Origin: Vallitaleaceae bacterium
GTDB lineage: Bacteria > Bacillota > Clostridia > Lachnospirales > Vallitaleaceae
Assembly: GCA_029935405.1 (NCBI GenBank)
Contig: JAOZKH010000002.1
Span: 18,122-76,132, forward strand
Reading direction: 5' to 3'
Length of the DNA stretch: 58,011 nucleotides
Shown: positions 29,404 to 39,562 of the stretch, in pieces
Layout: every line of letters starts with the position of its first letter
Numbering within the stretch: the stretch's first letter is position 1
Notes under the pieces: generated by a model
What the model saw: only the letters and a program-made list of their open reading frames with translations
Told to the model about the DNA's origin: nothing
Databases searched by the model: none
Translations under genes and position numbers: made by a program

Positions 29404-29432
29404 AATTTTACGGTAAGAAACAGGAGGTAACT

Positions 29433-30962
29433 ATGTCAGAAATGGTCGACAGAACGGAAATACTAAAGAATAAAAGACTTATATTAGAAATGAAAAATAT
29501 GCATAAGACCTTTCCTGGTGTTAAAGCCCTAGATGCAGCACAGCTTTCGCTAAGGGAAGGAACTGTACATGCTTTAATGGGAGAAAATGGAGCCGGCAAG
29601 TCTACCTTAATGAAGTGTTTATTTGGCATCTTTGATGAAGATGAAGGTGATATTTTCTTTGATGGAAAGAAATTTAAAGTTAACAATGCGAAACAAGCAC
29701 TTGATCATGGAATATCAATGGTACATCAAGAATTAAACCAGGTAAAAGATACAAGAATAATGGATAATATTTGGTTAGGAAGATTTCCTAAAAAAATATT
29801 GTTTGTTGATGAAGATAAAATGTTTCATGATACAAAAGAAATATTTGAAAGTTTAGATATAAATCTTGACCCAAAAAGAAAGGTTAGAACCCTTTCTGTA
29901 TCTGAAGCTCAAATGGTTGAAATTGCAAAAGCAGTTTCTTATAACTCGAAAGTAATTGTACTTGATGAACCTACATCGTCACTGACAGAAAAAGAAGTTA
30001 GTCACTTGTTTAGAATTATTAATAATCTTAAAGACAAAGGTGCAGGAATCATATACATTTCTCATAAAATGGAAGAAATAAAAGTCATCTCAGATGAAGT
30101 AACAGTCATGCGAGATGGCAAATATATAGCAACGCTTAATTCACATGAAGTAACGACAGATGAAATAATCAATTTGATGGTTGGTAGAGATTTAACAAAT
30201 CGTTTTCCACCTAAGCATAATGAACCAGGTGAAGTTATACTTGAAGTAAAGAATATCCGTTCATTAGTTCAACCTTCTGTTGTTGATGCTTCCTTTGAAC
30301 TTAGAAAAGGAGAAATATTAGGTGTTGCTGGTCTTGTTGGATCAAGGAGAACAGAACTTGTAGAAACTATTTTTGGTTCTAGACATATGGAAAAAGGTGA
30401 ATTAATTCTTCATGGAAAGCCAATTAGTAATAAACATCCAGAAGAAGCAATCAAAAATGGATTTGCTCTAATTACAGAAGAACGTCGTGAAACTGGAATA
30501 TTTGGAGTTTCAAATGTCACATTTAATTCTATTATTGCAAACATTGGTGAATACGTAAAAGGACCGTTTTTAGATGAAAAAAAAATGGTTGTTGATACGG
30601 ATTGGGTTATCGATAGTATGTCAGTAAAAACGCCATCACAAAAAACTACAATTGCCACTTTATCAGGTGGTAACCAACAAAAAGTTATTATTGGTAGATG
30701 GATGCTTACAGAGCCTGAAATATTATTGATGGATGAACCGACAAGAGGTATTGATGTTGGCGCTAAATATGATATTTACGAACTTATGATTCAGCTGGCA
30801 GAAAAAGAAAAAGGTGTTATAATGGTTTCATCAGAAATGCCAGAGCTACTTGGAATTACCGATCGTATACTTGTTATGAGTAACGGACGAGTTGCAGGTA
30901 TTGTAGATACTAAAGAAACAACTCAAGAAGAAATTCTCAAGTTGGCAGCTAAATACTTATAA
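29433..30962 (+). CDS. mglA: Galactoside ABC transporter ATPase
   Basis: GENGAGKST, tandem ABC domains, [20 protein letters not shown]. Confidence 0.9.
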   Translation: MSEMVDRTEILKNKRLILEMKNMHKTFPGVKALDAAQLSLREGTVHALMGENGAGKSTLMKCLFGIFDEDEGDIFFDGKKFKVNNAKQALDHGISMVHQELNQVKDTRIMDNIWLGRFPKKILFVDEDKMFHDTKEIFESLDINLDPKRKVRTLSVSEAQMVEIAKAVSYNSKVIVLDEPTSSLTEKEVSHLFRIINNLKDKGAGIIYISHKMEEIKVISDEVTVMRDGKYIATLNSHEVTTDEIINLMVGRDLTNRFPPKHNEPGEVILEVKNIRSLVQPSVVDASFELRKGEILGVAGLVGSRRTELVETIFGSRHMEKGELILHGKPISNKHPEEAIKNGFALITEERRETGIFGVSNVTFNSIIANIGEYVKGPFLDEKKMVVDTDWVIDSMSVKTPSQKTTIATLSGGNQQKVIIGRWMLTEPEILLMDEPTRGIDVGAKYDIYELMIQLAEKEKGVIMVSSEMPELLGITDRILVMSNGRVAGIVDTKETTQEEILKLAAKYL

Positions 30963-30973
30963 GGAGTAAAATT

Positions 30974-32008
30974 ATGGACAATAATGTAGTAGAGCAAAGA
31001 TATAGCAAGAAGAAAATTTTAGAATGGATGATGAATAATGCAATATATCTAGTGTTAGTAACACTTCTAATAGTCATTATTATAGTAGAACCAAGATTTG
31101 TTTCTCTTAGAAACTTTTCAAATATTTTGGCGCAAGCATCAACGCGTGTTATTATGGCACTTGGTGTAGGTGGTATCATTATATCAAAGGGGACTGACCT
31201 TTCACTTGGACGTCAAGTAGGTTTAGCAGCGGTAATTAGTGCATCGTTATTACAAGCAGGTGATTATGAGTACAGAATGTACCCTGAATTAGGTGTATTA
31301 CCACTAGTCTTACCGATTTTATTGGTTATGGTTGTAACAGCACTATTTAGCACGTTAAATGGTGTCGTAGTTGCTAAGTTAAATGTAGATCCTTTTATTG
31401 CAACTCTAGGTATGATGATTATTGTATATGGAGTAAACTCGATTTATTATGATAGACCTCCTTATGGTGCACAACCAATTGGTGGATTAGATAAACGGTT
31501 TTTAGAATTTGCACAAGGATCAATTAATATAGGTAGTTTTAAATTACCCTATCTAATAATATACGCAGCAGTTATTACTATTATTATGTGGATTATATGG
31601 AATAAAACCAGATTTGGTAAAAATATATTTGCAATAGGTGGCAATAAAGAAGCTGCATTAGTATCAGGTGTAAATGTTACAAAATATACTATTTTAATAT
31701 ATACAGTAGCTGGTTTGTTATACGGTTTAGGCGGTTCTCTAGAGGCTGCCCGTATCGGTTCAGCAACTAATAACTTAGGTAATATGTATGAACTTGATGC
31801 AATTAGCGCCTGTATTGTTGGTGGACTATCATTTAATGGTGGTATTGGTTCTATATCAGGTATTGTAACAGGTGTTCTTATATTCCAAGTTATCGCTTAT
31901 GGACTTGCATTTATTGGCGTTAATCCTTACCTTCAATTTATCATCAAAGGTTTAATTATTATTTCAGCAGTAGCGATTGACTCTAGAAAACATAGTAAGA
32001 AAAAATAA
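30974..32008 (+). CDS. mglC: Galactoside ABC transporter permease
   Basis: GTDLSLGRQVG, YELDAISAC motifs. Confidence 0.9.
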   Translation: MDNNVVEQRYSKKKILEWMMNNAIYLVLVTLLIVIIIVEPRFVSLRNFSNILAQASTRVIMALGVGGIIISKGTDLSLGRQVGLAAVISASLLQAGDYEYRMYPELGVLPLVLPILLVMVVTALFSTLNGVVVAKLNVDPFIATLGMMIIVYGVNSIYYDRPPYGAQPIGGLDKRFLEFAQGSINIGSFKLPYLIIYAAVITIIMWIIWNKTRFGKNIFAIGGNKEAALVSGVNVTKYTILIYTVAGLLYGLGGSLEAARIGSATNNLGNMYELDAISACIVGGLSFNGGIGSISGIVTGVLIFQVIAYGLAFIGVNPYLQFIIKGLIIISAVAIDSRKHSKKK

Positions 32009-32035
32009 GCTATAAAGTTTCTTAGGAGCATAGTA

Positions 32036-33061
32036 ATGATATATAAGCAGAAGTTGAAAATGCTGATTGGTATTCTGATAGTCCTATTGATATCAGGATG
32101 TCAGTCAGATATATCTACAAATGAAGAAAATAATAATCAAGATTCTATTCGGATTGCTATTTTAATATATCGATTTGATGATGAGTTTGTTAGTTATGTA
32201 ATGGAAGAGATAGAGAAAGAAAGAGAACTACTAGATGATTTAAGTAATAAGCAACTAGTAGTTGATTTTATTGATGGAAATAATCAATCAGATCTTCAGT
32301 TAGACCAAATAAAAGATAGTATAGAAAATAAATATGATGTACTAGCAATTAATCTTGTGGACCGTTCACAGGCAGCAAGAGTTATTGACATGGCTAAAAA
32401 TGCAGATATTCCTATTGTGTTTTTTAATAGAGAGCCAGTACAGGTAGATATGGCAAGATGGGATAAAATATATTATGTTGGTTCAAAAGGTGAAGATGCA
32501 GGAAGAATTCAAGGTGAGATAATTGCAGAAACCTGGAACAATAACCCTAGAATTGATAAAAATAAAGATGGAATATTGCAATATATTATGATTCAAGGGC
32601 AACAGGGACATCAAGATGCTTTACTCAGAACAGAGTGGAGTGTGAAAGCAATTGAAGCTAATGGTATTAAAGTAGAACAACTTGTATCAGATACAGCTAA
32701 TTGGCAGCGCCAAGAAGCAAAAGAGAAAATGCTTAATTACCTTAATGTTTTTAGTGAAGAAATAGAATTTATTATTTCTAATAATGACATGATGGCGTTA
32801 GGTGCGGTAGATGCGATGAAAGAACTTGAGTTTGAAGAGTACATTCCTATTGTAGGGGTAGATGCTATAGATATTGCGGTTAATGCGCTAGAACGTGGAG
32901 AATTAACAGGAACGGTATATAACGATCACGTTAAACAAGGGCAAATGGTAATAAGAATGGCTTATTATCTAGCAATTAATGAAGATCCGAAAGACTATAT
33001 TGATAGTATTGAAAATGGTAAGTACTACCGAGTTGAATATCAAAAAGTAATCAAGAAATAG
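32036..33061 (+). CDS. Second MglB-like binding lipoprotein
   Basis: Lipobox ISGC, IYRFDD, AINLVD, FFNREP, GHQDA, NNDMMALGA. Confidence 0.85.
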   Translation: MIYKQKLKMLIGILIVLLISGCQSDISTNEENNNQDSIRIAILIYRFDDEFVSYVMEEIEKERELLDDLSNKQLVVDFIDGNNQSDLQLDQIKDSIENKYDVLAINLVDRSQAARVIDMAKNADIPIVFFNREPVQVDMARWDKIYYVGSKGEDAGRIQGEIIAETWNNNPRIDKNKDGILQYIMIQGQQGHQDALLRTEWSVKAIEANGIKVEQLVSDTANWQRQEAKEKMLNYLNVFSEEIEFIISNNDMMALGAVDAMKELEFEEYIPIVGVDAIDIAVNALERGELTGTVYNDHVKQGQMVIRMAYYLAINEDPKDYIDSIENGKYYRVEYQKVIKK

Positions 33062-33257
33062 ATTAATATGGGAATTAGGTTGACATAGTGGTGAAAACAA
33101 GGTAAAATTCATAAGATAAAGTATAATGGGAAAATGCTTTTTTAAAAAGGATTTTCTTTAATTATGTACATAAAAATATTGTTATATCTTATATCTTATA
33201 TATAACATATATATTTTGAGAATAAAGTTGTATGAAATACTAATAGGAGGTCAGAAA

Positions 33258-35126
33258 GTGAATATTAATGAATTATTTGATTTTAATGAAGAAATAAGTG
33301 ATATTGTTGCACATGCTCCTTCAATTACAATACCTGAGGACCGTGCTCATATCTTGAGAATGGCAACAGGTGGTGGACAAGATGAGTTCAAAGTTAACTT
33401 CGAAGTTGAAGGAAAAGGACTTGTTAAAGAAGTAACAGTTATGAAATGTAAAAATGGTGTATCGGTTAACTACATTGAACCATACATGAGAAGAAGAGAT
33501 CCAAAATGTATGTGTATTGGTGATGATTTGCCAACGGATAAAACTACATATAAAGAAAGATTTGGTAAAGATTTTGAAGATCTTCGTCAAGAAACTTTTG
33601 AATGGCTTAAAGGACAAGAATTAATTATTATGCCATTTACATCAGGAGATCCTAAACATGGTGGATACGAATCAATAATAATTGCGCCACGTAATACAGC
33701 ATTTTTCGTTGGTGGGCTAGGAGATCTTCAAGGATTTATTCCTAAGGATCAAATACGTAAAGGGTTTAAACCAAAAGCTGTTATTTATCTAGCACCTACA
33801 TTTAGACATACACATTTTGATGGTAAACAAGTAGTAGTTCATAATCGTTTAGATGAAATACACGAAGTTTATTCATTTAACTTATATCCAGGACCTAGTG
33901 CCAAAAAAGGTATATACGGTGTTCTTTTGACAATTGGTGAAAAAGAAGGTTGGATTACTGCGCATGCTTCAACAGTGAGAGTTGTAACGCCTTATGATAA
34001 TTCAGTTGTAATTATGCATGAAGGTGCAAGTGGTGGCGGTAAATCTGAGATGATTGAAGAAATTCAACGTCAGGCAGATGGAAGTGTTGTACTTGGTTAT
34101 GATGAAGAGCAAGACGAAAAACTTATAATTGAAGTTGGAGATACATGTGAAATGTATCCAGTAACTGATGATATGGCGCTTTGTCATCCATCATATCAAA
34201 AAGGAAGAAAGTTAGTTGTTTCTGATGCGGAAGCAGGTTGGTTTTTAAGATTTGACCATATTAAAGAATATGGAACATCTCTTGAACATGAAAAACTAAC
34301 TATTCATCCACCAGAGCCATTGATTTTCTTGAATATGGATGCATCACCAAATTCAACTATCCTAATTTGGGAACATAAGATGGATGCACCTGGCAAACCT
34401 TGTCCAAATCCTAGAGTTATTATGCCGCGTCATTTTGTTGACAGAGTAATTGACGAGCCGGTTGAAGTAGATATTCGTTCATTTGGTGTTCGTATGCCAC
34501 GTTGTTCAAAAGGAGATCCTACATACGGCATTGTAGGATTGTTACATATTCTTCCACCTGCATTGGCCTGGATTTGGAGACTTGTTTCACCTAGAGGTTA
34601 CGCTAATCCGAGTATTGTTGATACTGGCGGAATGAGTAGTGAAGGTGTTGGTTCATATTGGCCATTTGCTACAGGTAAATTGGTTACTCAAGCAAATCTT
34701 TTACTCGATCAAATTGTAAGAACACCAGACACAAGATATGTACTTATTCCTAATCAACATATTGGTTCATATAAAGTCGGTTTTGTTGCTGAGTGGCTAG
34801 ATAGAGAATTCCTTGCAAGAAAAGGTAATGCTAAGTTTAGGCCTGATCAACTTGTTGAATCTAGATGTCCTACTCTTGGTTATTCATTAAAATCACTAAG
34901 AGTTGATGGTTACGATGTTCCAAAAGGGATGTTAAGGACTAATCATCAATTAAGTGTTGGAGATGAAGCATACGATAAAGGTGCTAAGATTCTTAATGAT
35001 TTCTTCAAACAAGAATTATCTAAGTATTTAGTTGAAGGTTTAAACGACTTAGGACGCGAGATTATTGAAGCATATATGAATAACGCTCCACTTAGTAAAT
35101 ATGAGGAATTAATTCAAGTAGACTAA
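33258..35126 (+). CDS. DUF4914-family protein with a PEPCK/HPrK-like P-loop
   Basis: YMRRRDP, NLYPGPSAKKG, HEGASGGGKSEM, VTDD. GTG 33258 after AGGAGG. Confidence 0.75.
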   Translation: MNINELFDFNEEISDIVAHAPSITIPEDRAHILRMATGGGQDEFKVNFEVEGKGLVKEVTVMKCKNGVSVNYIEPYMRRRDPKCMCIGDDLPTDKTTYKERFGKDFEDLRQETFEWLKGQELIIMPFTSGDPKHGGYESIIIAPRNTAFFVGGLGDLQGFIPKDQIRKGFKPKAVIYLAPTFRHTHFDGKQVVVHNRLDEIHEVYSFNLYPGPSAKKGIYGVLLTIGEKEGWITAHASTVRVVTPYDNSVVIMHEGASGGGKSEMIEEIQRQADGSVVLGYDEEQDEKLIIEVGDTCEMYPVTDDMALCHPSYQKGRKLVVSDAEAGWFLRFDHIKEYGTSLEHEKLTIHPPEPLIFLNMDASPNSTILIWEHKMDAPGKPCPNPRVIMPRHFVDRVIDEPVEVDIRSFGVRMPRCSKGDPTYGIVGLLHILPPALAWIWRLVSPRGYANPSIVDTGGMSSEGVGSYWPFATGKLVTQANLLLDQIVRTPDTRYVLIPNQHIGSYKVGFVAEWLDREFLARKGNAKFRPDQLVESRCPTLGYSLKSLRVDGYDVPKGMLRTNHQLSVGDEAYDKGAKILNDFFKQELSKYLVEGLNDLGREIIEAYMNNAPLSKYEELIQVD

Positions 35127-35149
35127 TAAAATAGTATATACAATTAATA

Positions 35150-35197
35150 TAAAACAGCTGTAAAATTGATATAATGCTATCAATTACAGCTGTTTTA
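35150..35197 (+). terminator. Rho-independent terminator
   Basis: TAAAACAGCTGTAA...TTACAGCTGTTTTA. Confidence 0.7.
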
Positions 35198-35253
35198 ATA
35201 TATAATAAACAACTATATATTAAACAACTATATATTAAATAGAGAGGCAACTC

Positions 35254-37077
35254 ATGAAATATAATATTTTAAAAAAACATTTTGGATATGAAACCTTTAG
35301 AATTGGACAAGAAGAAATTATTGACCATATTATGGATAATAAAGATGTTTTAGGAATTATGCCTACAGGTGGAGGGAAATCTATTTGTTATCAGATTCCT
35401 GCTATGTTAAAAGAAGGCATTACAATAGTTGTATCCCCACTTATTGCACTTATGAAAGATCAGGTAGATGGATTAATTGAAAATGGGATACCTTCAACCT
35501 TCATAAATTCAACACTATCTTATAAAGAAACTTCAAAACGACTTAACGATGCACTGCAAGGTGAGTATAAGTTGTTATATGTGGCACCTGAAAGATTATT
35601 GACAGAGAGTTTCAAAAATATAGCTGGGTTAATGGATATTATGTTTGTTGCAGTTGATGAAGCACATTGTATCAGCCAATGGGGACACGACTTTAGGCCA
35701 AGCTACAAAGACATTCCTGTGTTTATTAATTCACTTAAAAAAAGGCCAGTTATAGGAGCCTACACTGCAACTGCGACAAAAAGAGTAGTTGCAGAAATCA
35801 AAATATTATTAGGACTTGATAATCCATATGAATTATTATCAGGTTTTAATAGAGAAAATTTAATTTATAGAGTAATAAAGCCTATAGATAAATATAGATA
35901 TATTAAGAAATATATTGAAAATCAAGAAAATAATTCAGGAATTATCTATTGTTCTACTAGAAAATCTGTTGAATCTTTAGCAACTAAACTACAAAAAGAT
36001 GGATTTAGTGCAGCAGGATATCATGGAGGAATGGACTCTCTTATAAGGACAAATGTACAGGAAAGTTTTATGTATGATAATAACAATATTATTGTTGCAA
36101 CTAATGCGTTTGGTATGGGAATTGATAAACCAGATGTTAGATATGTCATTCATTATAATATGCCTAAGAATATGGAATCATATTATCAAGAAGCAGGCAG
36201 AGCAGGTCGTGATGGTAAGGAAAGTGATTGTATTCTTATGTATTCACCTTCCGATGTTGTTAAACAAAAGTTATTGATTGGTCAAAATGCTTTTGATGAA
36301 ACAAGATTGAAAATTCAGTTTGAAAATCTTCAGTATTTAGTTAATTACTGTCATTCAGATAGTTGCTTGCGTAACGAGATTACAGAGTACTTTGGTGAAA
36401 AAGGGCATATGGATAACTGTAGAAGCTGTGGTAATTGTTTAGATGAAACAGATTTTGTTGATATGACAATTGAAGCACAGAAGATTATGTCTCTTATATA
36501 TAGAAGTGGCCAAAGATTTGGATTAAGCCTTATGATTCAAACCCTTAGAGGTTCAAAGAATAAAAGAGTTATAGAGTGGAGACTTGATGAACAATCAACA
36601 TATGATTCACTTAAAGACTATTCTGAAGGAGCTCTTCGAGAAATTATCATGAATCTTATAGCAAGAGGTTATATTCATATGACGACAGATAAATTTCCTG
36701 TCCTAAGATTAACTAATCTATCTAAACCTGTTCTTATAGGTGACGAGAAAATTATGGTTAAAAAAGATCGAAGAGAAATAGAAGATAAGAAATCTAAAAA
36801 GAAAAAATCTAGGAAATCAAATTCATCATCAAAATCTGGTAAAATATTAGAGTATGATGAAGAACTATATGAATTATTAGCACAAAAACGTAAGGAAATA
36901 GGCATAACTAAAAAGGTACCGCTATATATTATATTCAGTAATGCCACTTTAGAAGAAATTGCCTTTTACAAACCAAAGACAAAAGAAGAGTTTTTAGAGA
37001 TAAATGGCGCAGGTGAAAAAAAGTATAGTACTTATGGAGAAGTATTTATGCAAATTGTTAAGGAATTTAATCTTTAG
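35254..37077 (+). CDS. recQ: ATP-dependent DNA helicase RecQ
   Basis: PTGGGKS, VDEAHCISQWGHDFRP, QEAGRAGRDG, Zn-binding Cys cluster, RQC and HRDC domains. Confidence 0.97.
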   Translation: MKYNILKKHFGYETFRIGQEEIIDHIMDNKDVLGIMPTGGGKSICYQIPAMLKEGITIVVSPLIALMKDQVDGLIENGIPSTFINSTLSYKETSKRLNDALQGEYKLLYVAPERLLTESFKNIAGLMDIMFVAVDEAHCISQWGHDFRPSYKDIPVFINSLKKRPVIGAYTATATKRVVAEIKILLGLDNPYELLSGFNRENLIYRVIKPIDKYRYIKKYIENQENNSGIIYCSTRKSVESLATKLQKDGFSAAGYHGGMDSLIRTNVQESFMYDNNNIIVATNAFGMGIDKPDVRYVIHYNMPKNMESYYQEAGRAGRDGKESDCILMYSPSDVVKQKLLIGQNAFDETRLKIQFENLQYLVNYCHSDSCLRNEITEYFGEKGHMDNCRSCGNCLDETDFVDMTIEAQKIMSLIYRSGQRFGLSLMIQTLRGSKNKRVIEWRLDEQSTYDSLKDYSEGALREIIMNLIARGYIHMTTDKFPVLRLTNLSKPVLIGDEKIMVKKDRREIEDKKSKKKKSRKSNSSSKSGKILEYDEELYELLAQKRKEIGITKKVPLYIIFSNATLEEIAFYKPKTKEEFLEINGAGEKKYSTYGEVFMQIVKEFNL

Positions 37078-37152
37078 AATAAAATCAAGCAAATTATTGG
37101 TAACTGCAATATTTAACCAACTATAACAGGTTAAGAAATAGAAAGGAGTAAC

Positions 37153-38325
37153 ATGGGTATATCTAAAACTTATCAAGAAATAAATGAACGTATTAAGTCA
37201 GGTGAGGCAGTAGTTGTTACTGCAGAGGAAATTATTAAAATTGTAGAAGAAAAGGGTATAAAACAAGCGACTAAAGAAGTAGATGTTGTGACTACAGCTA
37301 CATTTGGTCCTATGTGTTCAAGTGGTGCATTTTTAAACTTTGGTCATTCAGATCCTGCAATGAGGATGGAAAAAATTCGACTAAATAATGTTGAAGCATA
37401 TGGTGGATTAGCAGCGGTTGACACATATATTGGTGCAACTCAGGAGTCAGAATCTGAGGGATACGAATATGGCGGAGCCCATGTTATCTATGACTTAATT
37501 GATGGTAAGGATATTAATCTTACAGCTAAAGCGAAGGGAACTGACTGTTATCCACGTAAAGAAATAAATACATATATCAATATTGAAACAATTAATGAAG
37601 CTTATCTATATAACCCAAGAAATTGTTATCAGAATTATGCTGCAGCAATAAACACTTCAAATAAAAGATTATTTACTTATATGGGAGTGCTAAATCCTAA
37701 TAGTAGTGTTGTTACTTATTCTACATCAGGGCAATTAAGTCCACTGTTAAATGACCCACTATATAGAACTATTGGTGTAGGAACTCGTATCTTCATTGGG
37801 GGAACTACAGGTTACGTTTCTTGGAGAGGAACACAGTTTAAATCAGGTGTGACAAGAGATAACAATAATCTACCTAAAGTACCAGCAGGAACTCTTGCAT
37901 TAATCGGTGATTTAAAAGCTATGAGTACTAAGTATATTAAACCTGCAGTGTTTGAAAAGTACGGTACATCTATGTATATTGGTGTAGGAATTCCAATACC
38001 TGTTCTAGATGAAGACATAATGAGGCAGTTGGCAATTAAAGATGAAGAAATCATGACAAGTATATTTGATTACAGTGTACAAGAAGGTCCAAAACCTATT
38101 TTAGGTGAAGTTAGTTATAAAGAGCTTCGTAGTGGAAAGATTAGGGTTAATGGTAAAGAAGTCAAAACAGCACCACTTTCAAGTCTTAAAAAGGCAAGAG
38201 AAATAGCAGAAGAATTAAAAACATGGATTAAAAGTGGGGAGTTTTTATTACAGGAACCAATTGAAACATTTCCAACAGACAATACTTTAAATGGTCTAAA
38301 TAGTACTAAGAAAGGGGCAAAATAA
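37153..38325 (+). CDS. Homocysteine biosynthesis protein / aspartate-semialdehyde sulfurtransferase (DUF39, MA1821-like, no CBS domains)
   Basis: VDVVTTATFGPMCSSG, GLAAVD.YIGAT, RNCYQNY, SPLLNDP, GVGIPIP. Confidence 0.88.
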   Translation: MGISKTYQEINERIKSGEAVVVTAEEIIKIVEEKGIKQATKEVDVVTTATFGPMCSSGAFLNFGHSDPAMRMEKIRLNNVEAYGGLAAVDTYIGATQESESEGYEYGGAHVIYDLIDGKDINLTAKAKGTDCYPRKEINTYINIETINEAYLYNPRNCYQNYAAAINTSNKRLFTYMGVLNPNSSVVTYSTSGQLSPLLNDPLYRTIGVGTRIFIGGTTGYVSWRGTQFKSGVTRDNNNLPKVPAGTLALIGDLKAMSTKYIKPAVFEKYGTSMYIGVGIPIPVLDEDIMRQLAIKDEEIMTSIFDYSVQEGPKPILGEVSYKELRSGKIRVNGKEVKTAPLSSLKKAREIAEELKTWIKSGEFLLQEPIETFPTDNTLNGLNSTKKGAK

Positions 38326-38726
38326 TGAAACAGATAATATTATTTGATTTTCCTAGAGAAGAGTCCCGTCATCCGATTGTAAACGATCTTATTAAAATAT
38401 ATGATTTGAGTGTTAATATACTTAGGGCTTCCATAGATTTTAATGCAAGAGGATTTTTACTTGCAGAGATTGAAGGAGAAGAAGAAGTAATTGAGAAAGC
38501 AATGGAACATGCTAAAAAATGTAATGTTATTACTAATTATGTTGAATCGGCAATATTAATTGATGAGGAAGAATGTGTTAATTGTGGTGCGTGTACAGCG
38601 GTATGTGTTGTTGATGCCTTGTATTTAGATGAAAAAGCCACTCTGCAATTTGACACAGATAAATGCCTTGATTGTAAATTATGTGTTACAGCATGTCCGG
38701 TAAGAGCTATTAGAGATGTTTTATAG
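38325..38726 (+). CDS. NIL domain plus 2x[4Fe-4S] ferredoxin (MA1822-like)
   Basis: PIV..L...YDLSVNILRA NIL domain; CVNCGACTAVC and CLDCKLCVTACP. Confidence 0.88.
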   Translation: MKQIILFDFPREESRHPIVNDLIKIYDLSVNILRASIDFNARGFLLAEIEGEEEVIEKAMEHAKKCNVITNYVESAILIDEEECVNCGACTAVCVVDALYLDEKATLQFDTDKCLDCKLCVTACPVRAIRDVL

Positions 38727-38733
38727 GTGAAGA

Positions 38734-39519
38734 ATGGCGTATGAAGAGAGATTTTATAGAAAATATCATAACAATCTTAATCAATTAAAGTTTATAGTGT
38801 GTGTTGAGGAAACTGACTTGTTGATTATTATGGATGATGTGGATGATATTAGTATTCTAAAGCAGTTGATCAAATGCATGGTGTTAGAGATACGAAAAAA
38901 AATCATATCTTTTTCAAAAATCGATCCTGAATTTTTAACAGCCCTTAAGCCAATAATAATATCACCAGAAATAATAGAATCACAAAAAAAAGGACAAGAT
39001 ATAATAATAAATAAAAATATAATAAAAATGATGTATGATGGTTCTATAACTTGTAACGTAGGTCCAATGGCAACAGTCGCTGGAGTAACGGCGCAAGTTA
39101 TAGTAGAATCATTGATTAGTAAGTATGGGAATATTAATATTATTATAGAAAATGGTGGAGATATTTTCATGAATACGTTAGTAGCAAAGAAGGTTTCAGT
39201 ATATGCAGGAAATTCATCCTTGTCAAACAAACTAGCCTTATTAATTCAACCAGAAGATACACCGATTAGTATATGTACATCTTCAGGAACGATAGGCCAC
39301 TCGCTTAGTTTTGGAAAAGCTGACGCTGTTGTAGTTGTATCTAAACAAAGTGCCATTGCTGATGGTGCTGCCACATATTTATGTAATCAAATTCAAAGTG
39401 CTAAAGATATTAATAAAACACTATCTCTTGCTAAATCAATTAATGGTGTAATTGGTGTTATAATTATTGTCGGAGAACAAATGGGTATTGTTGGCGATAT
39501 AAATATAACAAAGATTTAA
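38734..39519 (+). CDS. UPF0280/ApbE-like protein (COG2122, MA1715-like)
   Basis: ETDL, VGPMATVAG, ENGGD, CTSSGTIGHSLSFGKAD. Confidence 0.88.
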   Translation: MAYEERFYRKYHNNLNQLKFIVCVEETDLLIIMDDVDDISILKQLIKCMVLEIRKKIISFSKIDPEFLTALKPIIISPEIIESQKKGQDIIINKNIIKMMYDGSITCNVGPMATVAGVTAQVIVESLISKYGNINIIIENGGDIFMNTLVAKKVSVYAGNSSLSNKLALLIQPEDTPISICTSSGTIGHSLSFGKADAVVVVSKQSAIADGAATYLCNQIQSAKDINKTLSLAKSINGVIGVIIIVGEQMGIVGDINITKI

Positions 39520-39522
39520 TTA

Positions 39523-39561
39523 TGGTTAAGGTGTCAAAACTAAGTTTTGACACCTTAACCA
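39523..39561. repeat. REP-like perfect palindrome, copy E
   Basis: TGGTTAAGGTGTCAAAACT-A-AGTTTTGACACCTTAACCA, 19-bp arms, filling a convergent intergenic gap. Confidence 0.92.
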
Positions 39562-39562
39562 A

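Noticed and set aside
13835-39561. Palindromes A and E as ordinary terminators only
   Set aside because: They may terminate transcription, but they lack U-tracts, share sequence, and related copies occur in divergent and tandem gaps.
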